The notes beneath the pieces were generated by a model. The model saw only the letters and a list, made by a program, of their open reading frames with translations. It had not been told where the DNA came from and made no database searches. Positions 55,092 through 63,516 of a DNA stretch of 64,000 nt are shown here, one piece after another. Within the stretch, counting starts at the first letter, position 1, and the number at the start of each line of letters is the position of its first letter. A program made the position numbers and the translations under genes. Where the stretch lies: the IMG/VR virus record IMGVR_UViG_3300035703_000005, positions 1 to 64,000 of that record, one strand, 5' to 3'.

Positions 55092-55678
55092 TTTTGAAAT
55101 ACAGACATATTGGGTAAGTAAGGATAATCCCTGTGGCTCCATTTTTTACCGGGAATTTTTTTCCGCTCATTTAGTAATTCAATTCCCGTTTTGGCCACCT
55201 CTGGAGTCATGTAGTAATGATACCCAATAGTATCTATGTCTTGTTCAGCCCATGGACGACTAAGATCACGACCATCATAAGACATTTTTTTTAATTCACG
55301 ATAATCATTTTTATCAGACAAAAGAATCATTCCACCTCTACCCAAAGGTAAATGTTTTTTAAATTGAAAACTTAAACACATAAAAGTATTTGAGATATAT
55401 GTGTTTTCCCCCCAAAAAACTGCTGCATCAATAATATTAGTGTTACCTAAACGATAATAATTATCCCACTCTTCGTTTTTCCAATTCCATCTCAATCCCA
55501 ATTTCATTAAAGTCATGGGAACTGAAATGTATGTTTGTGTAGGTATCGTTATATCATTACACCCAGTATATCGTAAACACAATTCTAATGCATGAGTACA
55601 AGAATCAGTGGCTACCCCATATGGGGAACCAAAAAATTCGGATACTTTTTGTTCAAAATCAGATACTAAATGAAACAT
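55088..55678 (-). CDS. DegT/DnrJ/EryC1/StrS PLP aminotransferase, shortened
   Basis: FE..V.EFFG, SCTHALEL, IIDAA, SFQFKKHL..GRGGMI. Confidence 0.85.
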   Translation of the reverse strand: MFHLVSDFEQKVSEFFGSPYGVATDSCTHALELCLRYTGCNDITIPTQTYISVPMTLMKLGLRWNWKNEEWDNYYRLGNTNIIDAAVFWGENTYISNTFMCLSFQFKKHLPLGRGGMILLSDKNDYRELKKMSYDGRDLSRPWAEQDIDTIGYHYYMTPEVAKTGIELLNERKKIPGKKWSHRDYPYLPNMSVFQK

Positions 55679-55697
55679 ATATTATACTCATCCACGA

Positions 55698-56585
55698 TTA
55701 TTGATTTTCCAATTCATCAATATTATTAACATTTATTATAAAGTCATTCGGTTTGCCATAAAGAAAAAAATCTTCCAAAGAATAAGAATCTCTAAATTTT
55801 TTCCACCATAAATTTACAGCTCTATTAGTAAAATGTAGTCCAGGAAAGTCAGATGTTCTAATTATATTCTTAGTATAACTTCCAATTGTATTACTTTGAG
55901 CTATTAATGGCAAACAATAAGTAACTCCAGAATGGCCCATGATATAGTCTATGGTTACATTTGGGTGATGTCTTATAGCATGATGATACCATTTGGGTTC
56001 TAACAATCTACTACATTGAGTCCATTGGAAATTAGAAACTCTTTTTGTCAAATCAAATTTCCCATCTGTAGTGATACGTTTAATAATTTTTTCAACATAA
56101 GATCTAGTTACTAAAGCACCTCCCATTGAATGTTTTGCCAAAATTCTATGCAAAAAACATGGAATCATTGCATCATTTTCAAAAGACAGTAAAATACAAT
56201 CCCAATCATATGGAATAATATTCATTAAATATTGCCAATCAAAGTGCCAGTAATCAATAAAACTAAGATCATAGTCATCTTCCATTAATAAAACATACTG
56301 ATCATTAGTTGTTTCTAACCAATGTTTTATTAATTCCAAATAAGTCAAAGTAATAGCGCAATGTATGATGTGTAACGACTTTCTAGGGTCTATATCGACA
56401 TCATTTAAAATTAATTTATCTTTCCATTCAGAAAAGTTATGAAGTTGATATTTAGAAGTAGAATATCGAGTAAAAGTTTTTATTTTATATTTTTCATATT
56501 GGGTTTCAGTATATTCTCTTCTATCTGGTCTTTCATCCAGATTTAAATAAATGATGGGAGGTAATCCTTTTAATTTATCAGTCAT
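55698..56585 (-). CDS. Glycosyltransferase family 25-like
   Basis: YLNLDERPDRR, LLMEDD. Confidence 0.75.
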   Translation of the reverse strand: MTDKLKGLPPIIYLNLDERPDRREYTETQYEKYKIKTFTRYSTSKYQLHNFSEWKDKLILNDVDIDPRKSLHIIHCAITLTYLELIKHWLETTNDQYVLLMEDDYDLSFIDYWHFDWQYLMNIIPYDWDCILLSFENDAMIPCFLHRILAKHSMGGALVTRSYVEKIIKRITTDGKFDLTKRVSNFQWTQCSRLLEPKWYHHAIRHHPNVTIDYIMGHSGVTYCLPLIAQSNTIGSYTKNIIRTSDFPGLHFTNRAVNLWWKKFRDSYSLEDFFLYGKPNDFIINVNNIDELENQ

Positions 56586-56587
56586 GT

Positions 56588-57397
56588 TTATAATTTAGGA
56601 AGAGCTATATAATTTTGAGAGTCTATTTTATTTACGTTCCACTCATAAAGTCTTTTAACAACAATATCTTCAACTCTACCATAAATTTGTCTATTTTTTT
56701 TATTATGTTCTAAAGCTAAAAGAACCGATATTTTTTTATCTAAAATATCAGTATCGTATTTTTCGAAAAGGTCTTCTCTTATTTTTTGTTCATATTCTTC
56801 CATTTCTGGATTATTATAAGTTCCCTCAAAATTTTCAACTCTTTTTGAATATGGATGTGGTAAATGAATAACTCTATTACTTTGTGGTATTATCTTTTTT
56901 ATAGACATTCCAGATAATTTTAATCTACCCAAAATCTCATCATCTTCAAAGGAATAATACTTACCCATTTTTTCATTATATCCATTAACACGCAAAAAAT
57001 CTTTTTTTCTGATGTATAACAATCCAAATATTCCTCTATATAAATCATTTTTTATATGATTAATTCCAGAAATACATGAATTTTCTTCAAGTATATAATC
57101 TTCAAAAAAATTATAATAGGGATTTAATATATGATCACAGTCAAGTTTTAATAATTTATCTGAAGACGCTACATCTGCGGCTAAGTTTAAAGGTTGAGGT
57201 TGATTAAAATACTTTTGATTAGGAACTGTTATTATTTTTATTCTCTTATCTAAAGAAGTCAAATGATTGATAGGAACATCGGAACTCCAATCGACAATAA
57301 TAATTTCAGATACTTCTGGAAACATTATCCAAGTATTTAAAGAAATAATTAAAGATTTTTCTCTATTCTTACAAGCGCAAATTATACTTACAGACAT
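56588..57397 (-). CDS. Glycosyltransferase, GT-A fold (GT2/GT7-like)
   Basis: IIIVDWSSD, LNLAA, KLDCD (DxD), F..VNGYNE.M..Y..EDDE. Confidence 0.8.
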   Translation of the reverse strand: MSVSIICACKNREKSLIISLNTWIMFPEVSEIIIVDWSSDVPINHLTSLDKRIKIITVPNQKYFNQPQPLNLAADVASSDKLLKLDCDHILNPYYNFFEDYILEENSCISGINHIKNDLYRGIFGLLYIRKKDFLRVNGYNEKMGKYYSFEDDEILGRLKLSGMSIKKIIPQSNRVIHLPHPYSKRVENFEGTYNNPEMEEYEQKIREDLFEKYDTDILDKKISVLLALEHNKKNRQIYGRVEDIVVKRLYEWNVNKIDSQNYIALPKL

Positions 57398-57406
57398 AAT
57401 ATATTA

Positions 57407-58261
57407 TTAATAAACTATAGGGATCATAAGATTTTTTCTTTGATATGAATCTAGTGAAAATAAATCGGTTAATGAAAATTTATCACTTTCTTCTTTCCAC
57501 CATTTTAATGTAAAATAATCAGATTTTTTGGCCATTGAATTTATAGGTTCTTTGTAACCATTACTACTAACGCTGGAAGTAGTGATAAACAGGGGAAATG
57601 AATATGTGATTCCTATTTCATAGGGAACAAAGTCTGCAGATTGGTAGTGATAAATTGGCCAATTATCTCCATATCCATAGTTTTCATACAATTGAAATTT
57701 TCCATTTACATAGTGCATTTCAATTAATTTTTTTGCATATCTCCTATTAATTAAATAACAAGTTGCAGAATGATTATTCCGTGTCCTTTTCGTAAGACCC
57801 ATTGGTACATATTTTTCACCTATAATATGCAACTGTACACAATCCCAGTTAATCGGTAAGTGTTGCTCAAAATATTTCCAATTAAAATTCCAATATTTGG
57901 TTGTTAAAAATGAAAGATCATCTTCCAAAATTAAACAAGTTTCTGACACAGAGTTGTTATACCAATCAACTATACTCTGTAGTTGATTAATTAAAATCGA
58001 TAAACAACTTATTTTGTTATTTATTTTTTTTATTAATAATTTATTCTTCCATTCATTAAAATTTTGAGGAGAGTGTTTATTAGCAGACACTCTCACATAA
58101 TCAGTTATACCAAATATGTTGAATTGATTTTCAATGTATTCTTTTCTATCTGTCCTTTCATCAAGATTTAAATATCTAATATGGGGAATGCCCTTGAGTT
58201 TATATTTGATATTTTCAACATCAGACATACCATGTAATAACAGAATATCTAGTTCCTTCAA
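57407..58261 (-). CDS. Glycosyltransferase family 25-like, paralog
   Basis: YLNLDERTDRK, LILEDD, LP.NWDCVQL, YLINRRYAKKL. Confidence 0.75.
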   Translation of the reverse strand: MKELDILLLHGMSDVENIKYKLKGIPHIRYLNLDERTDRKEYIENQFNIFGITDYVRVSANKHSPQNFNEWKNKLLIKKINNKISCLSILINQLQSIVDWYNNSVSETCLILEDDLSFLTTKYWNFNWKYFEQHLPINWDCVQLHIIGEKYVPMGLTKRTRNNHSATCYLINRRYAKKLIEMHYVNGKFQLYENYGYGDNWPIYHYQSADFVPYEIGITYSFPLFITTSSVSSNGYKEPINSMAKKSDYFTLKWWKEESDKFSLTDLFSLDSYQRKNLMIPIVY

Positions 58262-59423
58262 TAACAGGCATTATTTCGTGAGGGTACATAAAATTAGAAG
58301 GAAATACAATTACAGATCCAACACTGTTACGAATCATCATTTCTCTATCAAAAAATGCAAATTCACCTCCCACATAGTCATCATTTAAAGTTAGAGAACA
58401 GGATACACTTCTTTGTTGATGAATAAACGAATCTGTATGTTGAGTGTAAAATTGTCCAGATTCATACATCAATAAGTCATATCCTGTATCAATACTGGGA
58501 GAAAATTCTAAAAATTCTTTTGAATACATTTCAACTACTTTTAATAGTTGTTGGTGAAGTTCTACATCTATAAATTTTCTAACTTCGTAATTTTTATCTA
58601 TGATATTAGAATCAGAAAGTTGAATAACAGAACAATTTCTAATATTAGTATTTAAAATTCCATCCCCAACTAAAGTTTTATTCCATTCTTGACTATTTTT
58701 GTATTCTTGCAATATTTTATTACAAAGATCTGCAGACACAACATTATCATAAATTTTAATAAAATCTTCCAACTTTCTGGTAGATTTTAATGTGATTGAA
58801 GAAATATGTTGATCCGATTTTACAATACTATTTTCTTCTTTAGTTGTAGTTTTATTTTCTTTTTTATCAGACTCAATCAAATTCGATTCTTTTTCTTTAT
58901 CAAAATAAGCATAAGAACACTCACCACGACTTCTTACATAATGCAAGAAAACCTGTGAATAGTAACTACCTTTATACTCTTCTCTCCAGTGTGGTGCAAT
59001 ACGTCCAAGATAGACCATTGCATCACCTGGATTTAAACTAACAAATTTTTTTTCTTTTTGAGGAGTTTCGATCCAGATTGGCCATGGATAATCACCATCA
59101 AGATGTAATGTCAATGAAATTTCACAGGCATCTCTGTCAACATGATTCTCCAGAACAGATCCCTCCTTATATACTCTTGCGTAAGAATAGGTGGGAAGAA
59201 CAGTTTCCTCAATTAATGTAGATACTTCGGGAGTTTTTTCACAAAGTAATTCCAAAAAAGAAATATGATTATATATTGAATGTGAATTTGGAGATTGATC
59301 ATCTCCTGATAAATTTTCTTTTTCACAATAAAGTTTAAATTCATCGGACAAAATTTTAGATCTTTCGGGAGAAATAAAATTAGGAATGATCAAATAATTA
59401 TTTTCAATTAGTTTATTATTCAT
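58221..59423 (-). CDS. Tandem two-domain 2OG-Fe(II) dioxygenase
   Basis: Domain 1 HVDRDACEISLT...HWR...FLHYV; domain 2 HTD...YVGG...HEI.PV..GTRYSVITW. Confidence 0.88.
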   Translation of the reverse strand: MNNKLIENNYLIIPNFISPERSKILSDEFKLYCEKENLSGDDQSPNSHSIYNHISFLELLCEKTPEVSTLIEETVLPTYSYARVYKEGSVLENHVDRDACEISLTLHLDGDYPWPIWIETPQKEKKFVSLNPGDAMVYLGRIAPHWREEYKGSYYSQVFLHYVRSRGECSYAYFDKEKESNLIESDKKENKTTTKEENSIVKSDQHISSITLKSTRKLEDFIKIYDNVVSADLCNKILQEYKNSQEWNKTLVGDGILNTNIRNCSVIQLSDSNIIDKNYEVRKFIDVELHQQLLKVVEMYSKEFLEFSPSIDTGYDLLMYESGQFYTQHTDSFIHQQRSVSCSLTLNDDYVGGEFAFFDREMMIRNSVGSVIVFPSNFMYPHEIMPVIEGTRYSVITWYV

Positions 59424-59451
59424 AGTTAATTGGACAAAAAGTTATATAAAA

Positions 59452-59874
59452 TCAAAGATCTGCAAGAAGTTTTTCAATATCAAAATCCATATCTCCATAA
59501 ACAGCTGCCATTGCAGCTTCTTCTTCTTCTTTTAATCTCTGGGCTTCGGCTTCTGCTGCTGCAATTCTTTCTTCTTCTGCAAGTTTAGATTTTTCCCAAA
59601 GAAAAATTGATCTTTCATAAATTCCTAGTTCTTTAATTATAAAATTTGGAACTGTTTTTTTGAATTCAATTTCTCCATAAGCTTCATCTAATCCAAAACC
59701 ATACTCGCCCTCTTCATCGGGATCACCATACCATTGTAACGCATGAAATTTTCCCCAAGTTTTTAGATCATAACCTTCTATCCAACTAAGATCATCAAAT
59801 TCACTCAGATCTGCATAGTATCCAATGCCATCTTTAATGATGAGATTATCATCTCTGATTATTGTCAATCTCAT
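59452..59874 (-). CDS. Hypothetical protein, possible fibre assembly factor
   Basis: MRLTII..D..I..DG, HALQWY, acidic Ala-rich tail; follows the fibre genes. Confidence 0.5.
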   Translation of the reverse strand: MRLTIIRDDNLIIKDGIGYYADLSEFDDLSWIEGYDLKTWGKFHALQWYGDPDEEGEYGFGLDEAYGEIEFKKTVPNFIIKELGIYERSIFLWEKSKLAEEERIAAAEAEAQRLKEEEEAAMAAVYGDMDFDIEKLLADL

Positions 59875-60211
59875 TATTTTCTTCTCCTTTTAAAATATTT
59901 TGATTAGTTAAAGGGGTAACATTAACTGGAAGAATTTGTTGTTGCATAAGGCCTTGAATATATAGTTCTTTATTTTCTTCGTTAGCTTTTACAACTTCAT
60001 TTCTAAATGATTCTACAGCTGCTGCAGTAGATCTTTGTTGTTGAGAATTTTCAATAGTCATTATGGGAAGCCAAGTTATAGCACAACCCCATTCGTCAAT
60101 GTCTTCACCAGTGTTTGGATTCATTCCACGGACTCTCATAAACCAAGAACACTTTAGTCCAATACAATCTTTTTTAATAAGAGGACAAAATTTACCTTGT
60201 TCTAATTTCAT
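59849..60211 (-). CDS. Cys-rich conserved hypothetical protein
   Basis: CPLIKKDCIGLKCSWF...WGCA..WLP; probable start MKLEQGK. Confidence 0.65.
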   Translation of the reverse strand: MKLEQGKFCPLIKKDCIGLKCSWFMRVRGMNPNTGEDIDEWGCAITWLPIMTIENSQQQRSTAAAVESFRNEVVKANEENKELYIQGLMQQQILPVNVTPLTNQNILKGEENNEIDNNQR

Positions 60212-60246
60212 AAAATAAAAAATATCTAGATTTAGTATAACACAAA

Positions 60247-60774
60247 TTATGCAAAAGTACAATATATTACGTTAATATATTGTACTCTAAAATCTACAGA
60301 AGTATTAAGGGGACCATTAGCTGAAGTAAAAGTAACTGGATGAGTGTGAGATCCACTATTACCATTATTACCAGTATTACCACCATTAGCAACTCTAGTA
60401 ACACTTCCAAAAGTAGGAGAAGGAGATCCAGTTTGAGCATTACCTCCAGAATTAGCTGGATGAGCATGTTGTACCATGGTATTTACATCAATGGTATTCG
60501 CATTAGCTGCAAGTCCAGAAATTGATACAGGGACATTAGCAGTTACGGGTACAGAAATAAGAGTATTCGTAAATACATTTGTTCCGCCTGAACCTGCTCC
60601 AGTTCCACTAACTACTCTTAACGTTTTATCATTATGAGTTGTTACTATAGACCATCCAGTTGGTGCTGATGCCTGATAAAAAACGACAGGTGTTGTTTGT
60701 GGAAAAATACCATATTTGGAATTTAATGAAGTAGAGTCACTAAAAGTTATTCCAGTGCTTGTTAATACTGCCAT
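60247..60774 (-). CDS. Short tail fibre / collar-like protein, paralog 1
   Basis: FYQASAPTGW...HNDKTLRVVSG, HAHP, GSHTHP, DFRVQYINVIYC. Confidence 0.7.
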   Translation of the reverse strand: MAVLTSTGITFSDSTSLNSKYGIFPQTTPVVFYQASAPTGWSIVTTHNDKTLRVVSGTGAGSGGTNVFTNTLISVPVTANVPVSISGLAANANTIDVNTMVQHAHPANSGGNAQTGSPSPTFGSVTRVANGGNTGNNGNSGSHTHPVTFTSANGPLNTSVDFRVQYINVIYCTFA

Positions 60775-60795
60775 TTTTTTATAATTTTATTTTAT

Positions 60796-61332
60796 TTAGT
60801 TTAAAGTGCAGATAATAACATCTACATATTGGACCCTAAAATCAAGAGTAGTTGCACCAGGGCCATTGGCTGAAGAAAAAGTAACTGGATGAGAGTGAGA
60901 TCCACTATTACCATAGTTACCTGTACTATTTCCAGGAGCTGTACCACCCTGAGATCCTGACGCAGGGCTGGCACCACCAGCACCTACGTTTCCTCCAGAA
61001 TTTAGTGGATGAGCATGTTGAGGTACTGTATTAACACTTAAAGTTGTACCTCCAGCAGATAATCCGGAAATTGATACTGGAACATTAGCACTCACTGGGC
61101 GACTAGCAAATGTTCCAGAAAAAGTATTTGTTCCAGCAGCAGTTCCACCACTGGTGGTATTATTAACCACTCTCAATGCTTTATCATTTTGGGTAGTTAC
61201 TTGAGTCCATCCAGTTGGAGCAGCAGACCTTATAAAAACCATAGGAGTTGACTGAGGAATGATTCCATATTTGGAATTTAAAGTCCCTCCGCCACTACCA
61301 AAGATTATTCCAGTGCTTGTTAATACTGCCAT
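60796..61332 (-). CDS. Short tail fibre / collar-like protein, paralog 2
   Basis: Same architecture: APTGWTQ...NDKALRV, HAHP, GSHSHP, DFRVQYVDVIIC. Confidence 0.7.
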   Translation of the reverse strand: MAVLTSTGIIFGSGGGTLNSKYGIIPQSTPMVFIRSAAPTGWTQVTTQNDKALRVVNNTTSGGTAAGTNTFSGTFASRPVSANVPVSISGLSAGGTTLSVNTVPQHAHPLNSGGNVGAGGASPASGSQGGTAPGNSTGNYGNSGSHSHPVTFSSANGPGATTLDFRVQYVDVIICTLN

Positions 61333-61362
61333 TTTATGACACTTTTTCGATTATTTTCATAT

Positions 61363-61884
61363 TTATCCGTTAAAACTACATATAATAATGTCTACATATT
61401 GAACTCTGAAGTCAAGAGTTGTGCTCCATGGACCACTAGCTGATGTGAATGATGCTGGATGACCATGACCTCCACTATTACCATAGTTACCTGTACTATT
61501 TCCAGGAGCAACACATACTACACCTCCAGAAGAACCTCCGGTATTACCTCCATTATTTGCAGGATGTCCATGTATAGGTATAGTATTAACACTTAAAGTT
61601 GTACCTTGAACAGTTAATCCACTAATTGATACAGGAACATTAGCACTTATAGATCTATTAGTAAACGTATTACTAAAAGCATTAGTTCCACCTGCGCCTC
61701 CGCCGGTTCCACTAACAACTCTTAATATTTTATCATTTTGAGTAGTTACTTGAGTCCAATTTGTTGGAGCAGTAGATCTATAAAACAAAGAAACTGTACC
61801 AGAAGGTGCAAAAAAAGACGATCTTGCAGATACACTAGTTCCATCATTAAAATTTATTCCAGCAGCAGTTAATGTAGCAGGCAT
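61363..61884 (-). CDS. Short tail fibre / collar-like protein, paralog 3
   Basis: Same architecture: APTNWTQ...NDKILRV, HGHP, GGHGHP, DFRVQYVDIIIC. Confidence 0.7.
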   Translation of the reverse strand: MPATLTAAGINFNDGTSVSARSSFFAPSGTVSLFYRSTAPTNWTQVTTQNDKILRVVSGTGGGAGGTNAFSNTFTNRSISANVPVSISGLTVQGTTLSVNTIPIHGHPANNGGNTGGSSGGVVCVAPGNSTGNYGNSGGHGHPASFTSASGPWSTTLDFRVQYVDIIICSFNG

Positions 61885-61907
61885 TTATATAAAAGATATT
61901 TTTTTAT

Positions 61908-61915
61908 TATTTATA
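61908..61915 (-). promoter_or_regulatory. T4 late promoter TATAAATA upstream of the fibre triplet
   Basis: Exact consensus 23 nt upstream of the ATG at 61884. Confidence 0.7.
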
Positions 61916-61919
61916 GAAT

Positions 61920-62495
61920 TTAATGATATGCATGAGTGTATAGCCAACCAGTACACAAATATTTTACCACCCCTTTAGGAGGCATAATTCCTCTATGAAT
62001 AAAATCCCAAGTTGCGGGGAAAAAAATTAATTTACCCTCTTCTGGTTTTATTTTAGTTCCATCTATAAATTCTGTTTCTCCGCCACCCTCTACATCATTT
62101 AAATACCAAATAAAAGTTATTCTTCTAACACCATTGCAATCATCTCTACAAAAATCATGATGCCAATTATAAAAACCTTCTCCACCAATAGTTCTTTGTA
62201 TTTGATATCCAGTATCGTTGAGATCTAAATCAGTTATATTAGTATATAAATTTTCAAGTAAATATTGTTTATATTCTTTTAATCCATCATTCAAAGACTG
62301 GTAAAAGATTTTATCTTCCTTTTCCCAACCAGCCATATGGCTTATTGCAATGTCAGTAGATACTTTTACTTTATTATTAAGTCCACCTAAAGTTTTACCA
62401 GAACATTTTCTAAGATCCCTTTCAAATTTATAAATAACATTCTTACAAAATTCACTAGTTAAAGCATTTTGTTTTTCCCATATAAATTTATTCAT
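61920..62495 (-). CDS. 2OG-Fe(II) dioxygenase
   Basis: YNWHHD, RRITFIWYLNDVEGGGETEF, KPEEG...FP....HRG, KY..TGW. Confidence 0.9.
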   Translation of the reverse strand: MNKFIWEKQNALTSEFCKNVIYKFERDLRKCSGKTLGGLNNKVKVSTDIAISHMAGWEKEDKIFYQSLNDGLKEYKQYLLENLYTNITDLDLNDTGYQIQRTIGGEGFYNWHHDFCRDDCNGVRRITFIWYLNDVEGGGETEFIDGTKIKPEEGKLIFFPATWDFIHRGIMPPKGVVKYLCTGWLYTHAYH

Positions 62496-62689
62496 TCTCT
62501 TGGTTTTGGTTTGTTACACTCATTACAATAATAGGAAAACCCAGACTTAAATGACTTTACAACCTGGAAATATTCTATACAAAGTGGTTTAACTTCACCA
62601 CATTTACTGCACTTCCTTTTTGTATAACTTACGCACTTTTTTGAGTTCGTTGAGTTCAGTTTTAATATTCTTGTAAGCAGTTTCAGCAT
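62492..62689 (-). CDS. Zinc-ribbon-like hypothetical protein
   Basis: CSKC...CNEC; start uncertain because it overlaps the upstream ORF. Confidence 0.5.
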   Translation of the reverse strand: MLKLLTRILKLNSTNSKKCVSYTKRKCSKCGEVKPLCIEYFQVVKSFKSGFSYYCNECNKPKPRE

Positions 62690-62783
62690 CTATTCTTCCT
62701 CCCATCTCCATAGCACAAATAATATCAACTCTTGTTCCGAAATACGATAGCGCTTTTTCGAAGGTATCTAAATTTTCATACAT
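62604..62783 (-). CDS. Hypothetical protein
   Basis: ORF track 62604..62810; probable start MYENLD. Confidence 0.6.
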   Translation of the reverse strand: MYENLDTFEKALSYFGTRVDIICAMEMGGRIDAETAYKNIKTELNELKKVRKLYKKEVQ

Positions 62784-63030
62784 CGTAATCAATCCTGCAA
62801 TGTTCTGCAATTATATCTATACGAGCATCCAAAGAGTTCTCAAGACGATAGAGTTCACTTGTAGTTTCAATGTTTTCTTCTTCAAGTCTTTTAATATCTT
62901 CAAGTGCTCCTGAATATTTTTCTTCAAGTTGCCTGACTGTAATTTCTAAATCAGACAACCTTTTGTAAACATCATCCATAGGGACTTCATCAATTCCCCA
63001 TTTTCTATGAAACCAGTGCGTTCCAATCAT
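62776..63030 (-). CDS. Hypothetical coiled-coil protein
   Basis: ORF track. Confidence 0.6.
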   Translation of the reverse strand: MIGTHWFHRKWGIDEVPMDDVYKRLSDLEITVRQLEEKYSGALEDIKRLEEENIETTSELYRLENSLDARIDIIAEHCRIDYDV

Positions 63031-63248
63031 ATTACACCTACAGATTTTAAATAACGACGATATGCCATAAATCTACCTACACTTGGTTGTCCTGGTATAG
63101 GTCCTAAGCTATCACATATTTCACAATAACACAACCAATCATACCATGGAGTTGTTGGATCCAGAGATGGATGAAGACTTGTTTGTGTGTAATTCTTTAA
63201 GGAGTCGAAGAAGTTCTGGAGTTTCGTCCCATTCCCAAATTGTTCCAT
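63027..63248 (-). CDS. Hypothetical protein
   Basis: ORF track. Confidence 0.6.
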   Translation of the reverse strand: MEQFGNGTKLQNFFDSLKNYTQTSLHPSLDPTTPWYDWLCYCEICDSLGPIPGQPSVGRFMAYRRYLKSVGVI

Positions 63249-63268
63249 CTTTTTGTGTATAAGTTCGT

Positions 63269-63475
63269 TTAGTCATTTTTTTCCAATAATTCTAATTCTT
63301 TTTGATTCTTACAATATTTTTCTATTATTTCTTTTCTTAAGAAAATATAATAAAGTTTATAAGCTGGATGATCATTTTCTGGAGATAATGAAGCAGTAAC
63401 AGCTTGTTTCCATAGAGATTTTAATTTTACATCTGAAATTGATGTAGGGTTATTTAATGGCTTTTCTTCAGACAT
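63269..63475 (-). CDS. Hypothetical protein
   Basis: ORF track. Confidence 0.55.
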   Translation of the reverse strand: MSEEKPLNNPTSISDVKLKSLWKQAVTASLSPENDHPAYKLYYIFLRKEIIEKYCKNQKELELLEKND

Positions 63476-63516
63476 AAGAGTAAAAAAATATAATATTATT
63501 CTATTATGTATTTAAG

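Noticed and set aside
205-61332. Many short opposite-strand or nested ORFs in the six-frame track (e.g. 205..429, 8148..8399, 19604..19798, 36773..37210, 50862..51206)
   Set aside because: They lie inside longer, motif-bearing genes and have no start signals or recognisable motifs; treated as shadow ORFs.
60247-61884. Diversity-generating retroelement or invertible shufflon behind the fibre repeats
   Set aside because: No reverse transcriptase, Avd-like gene or invertase in the window; repeats are direct and differences are not adenine-specific.
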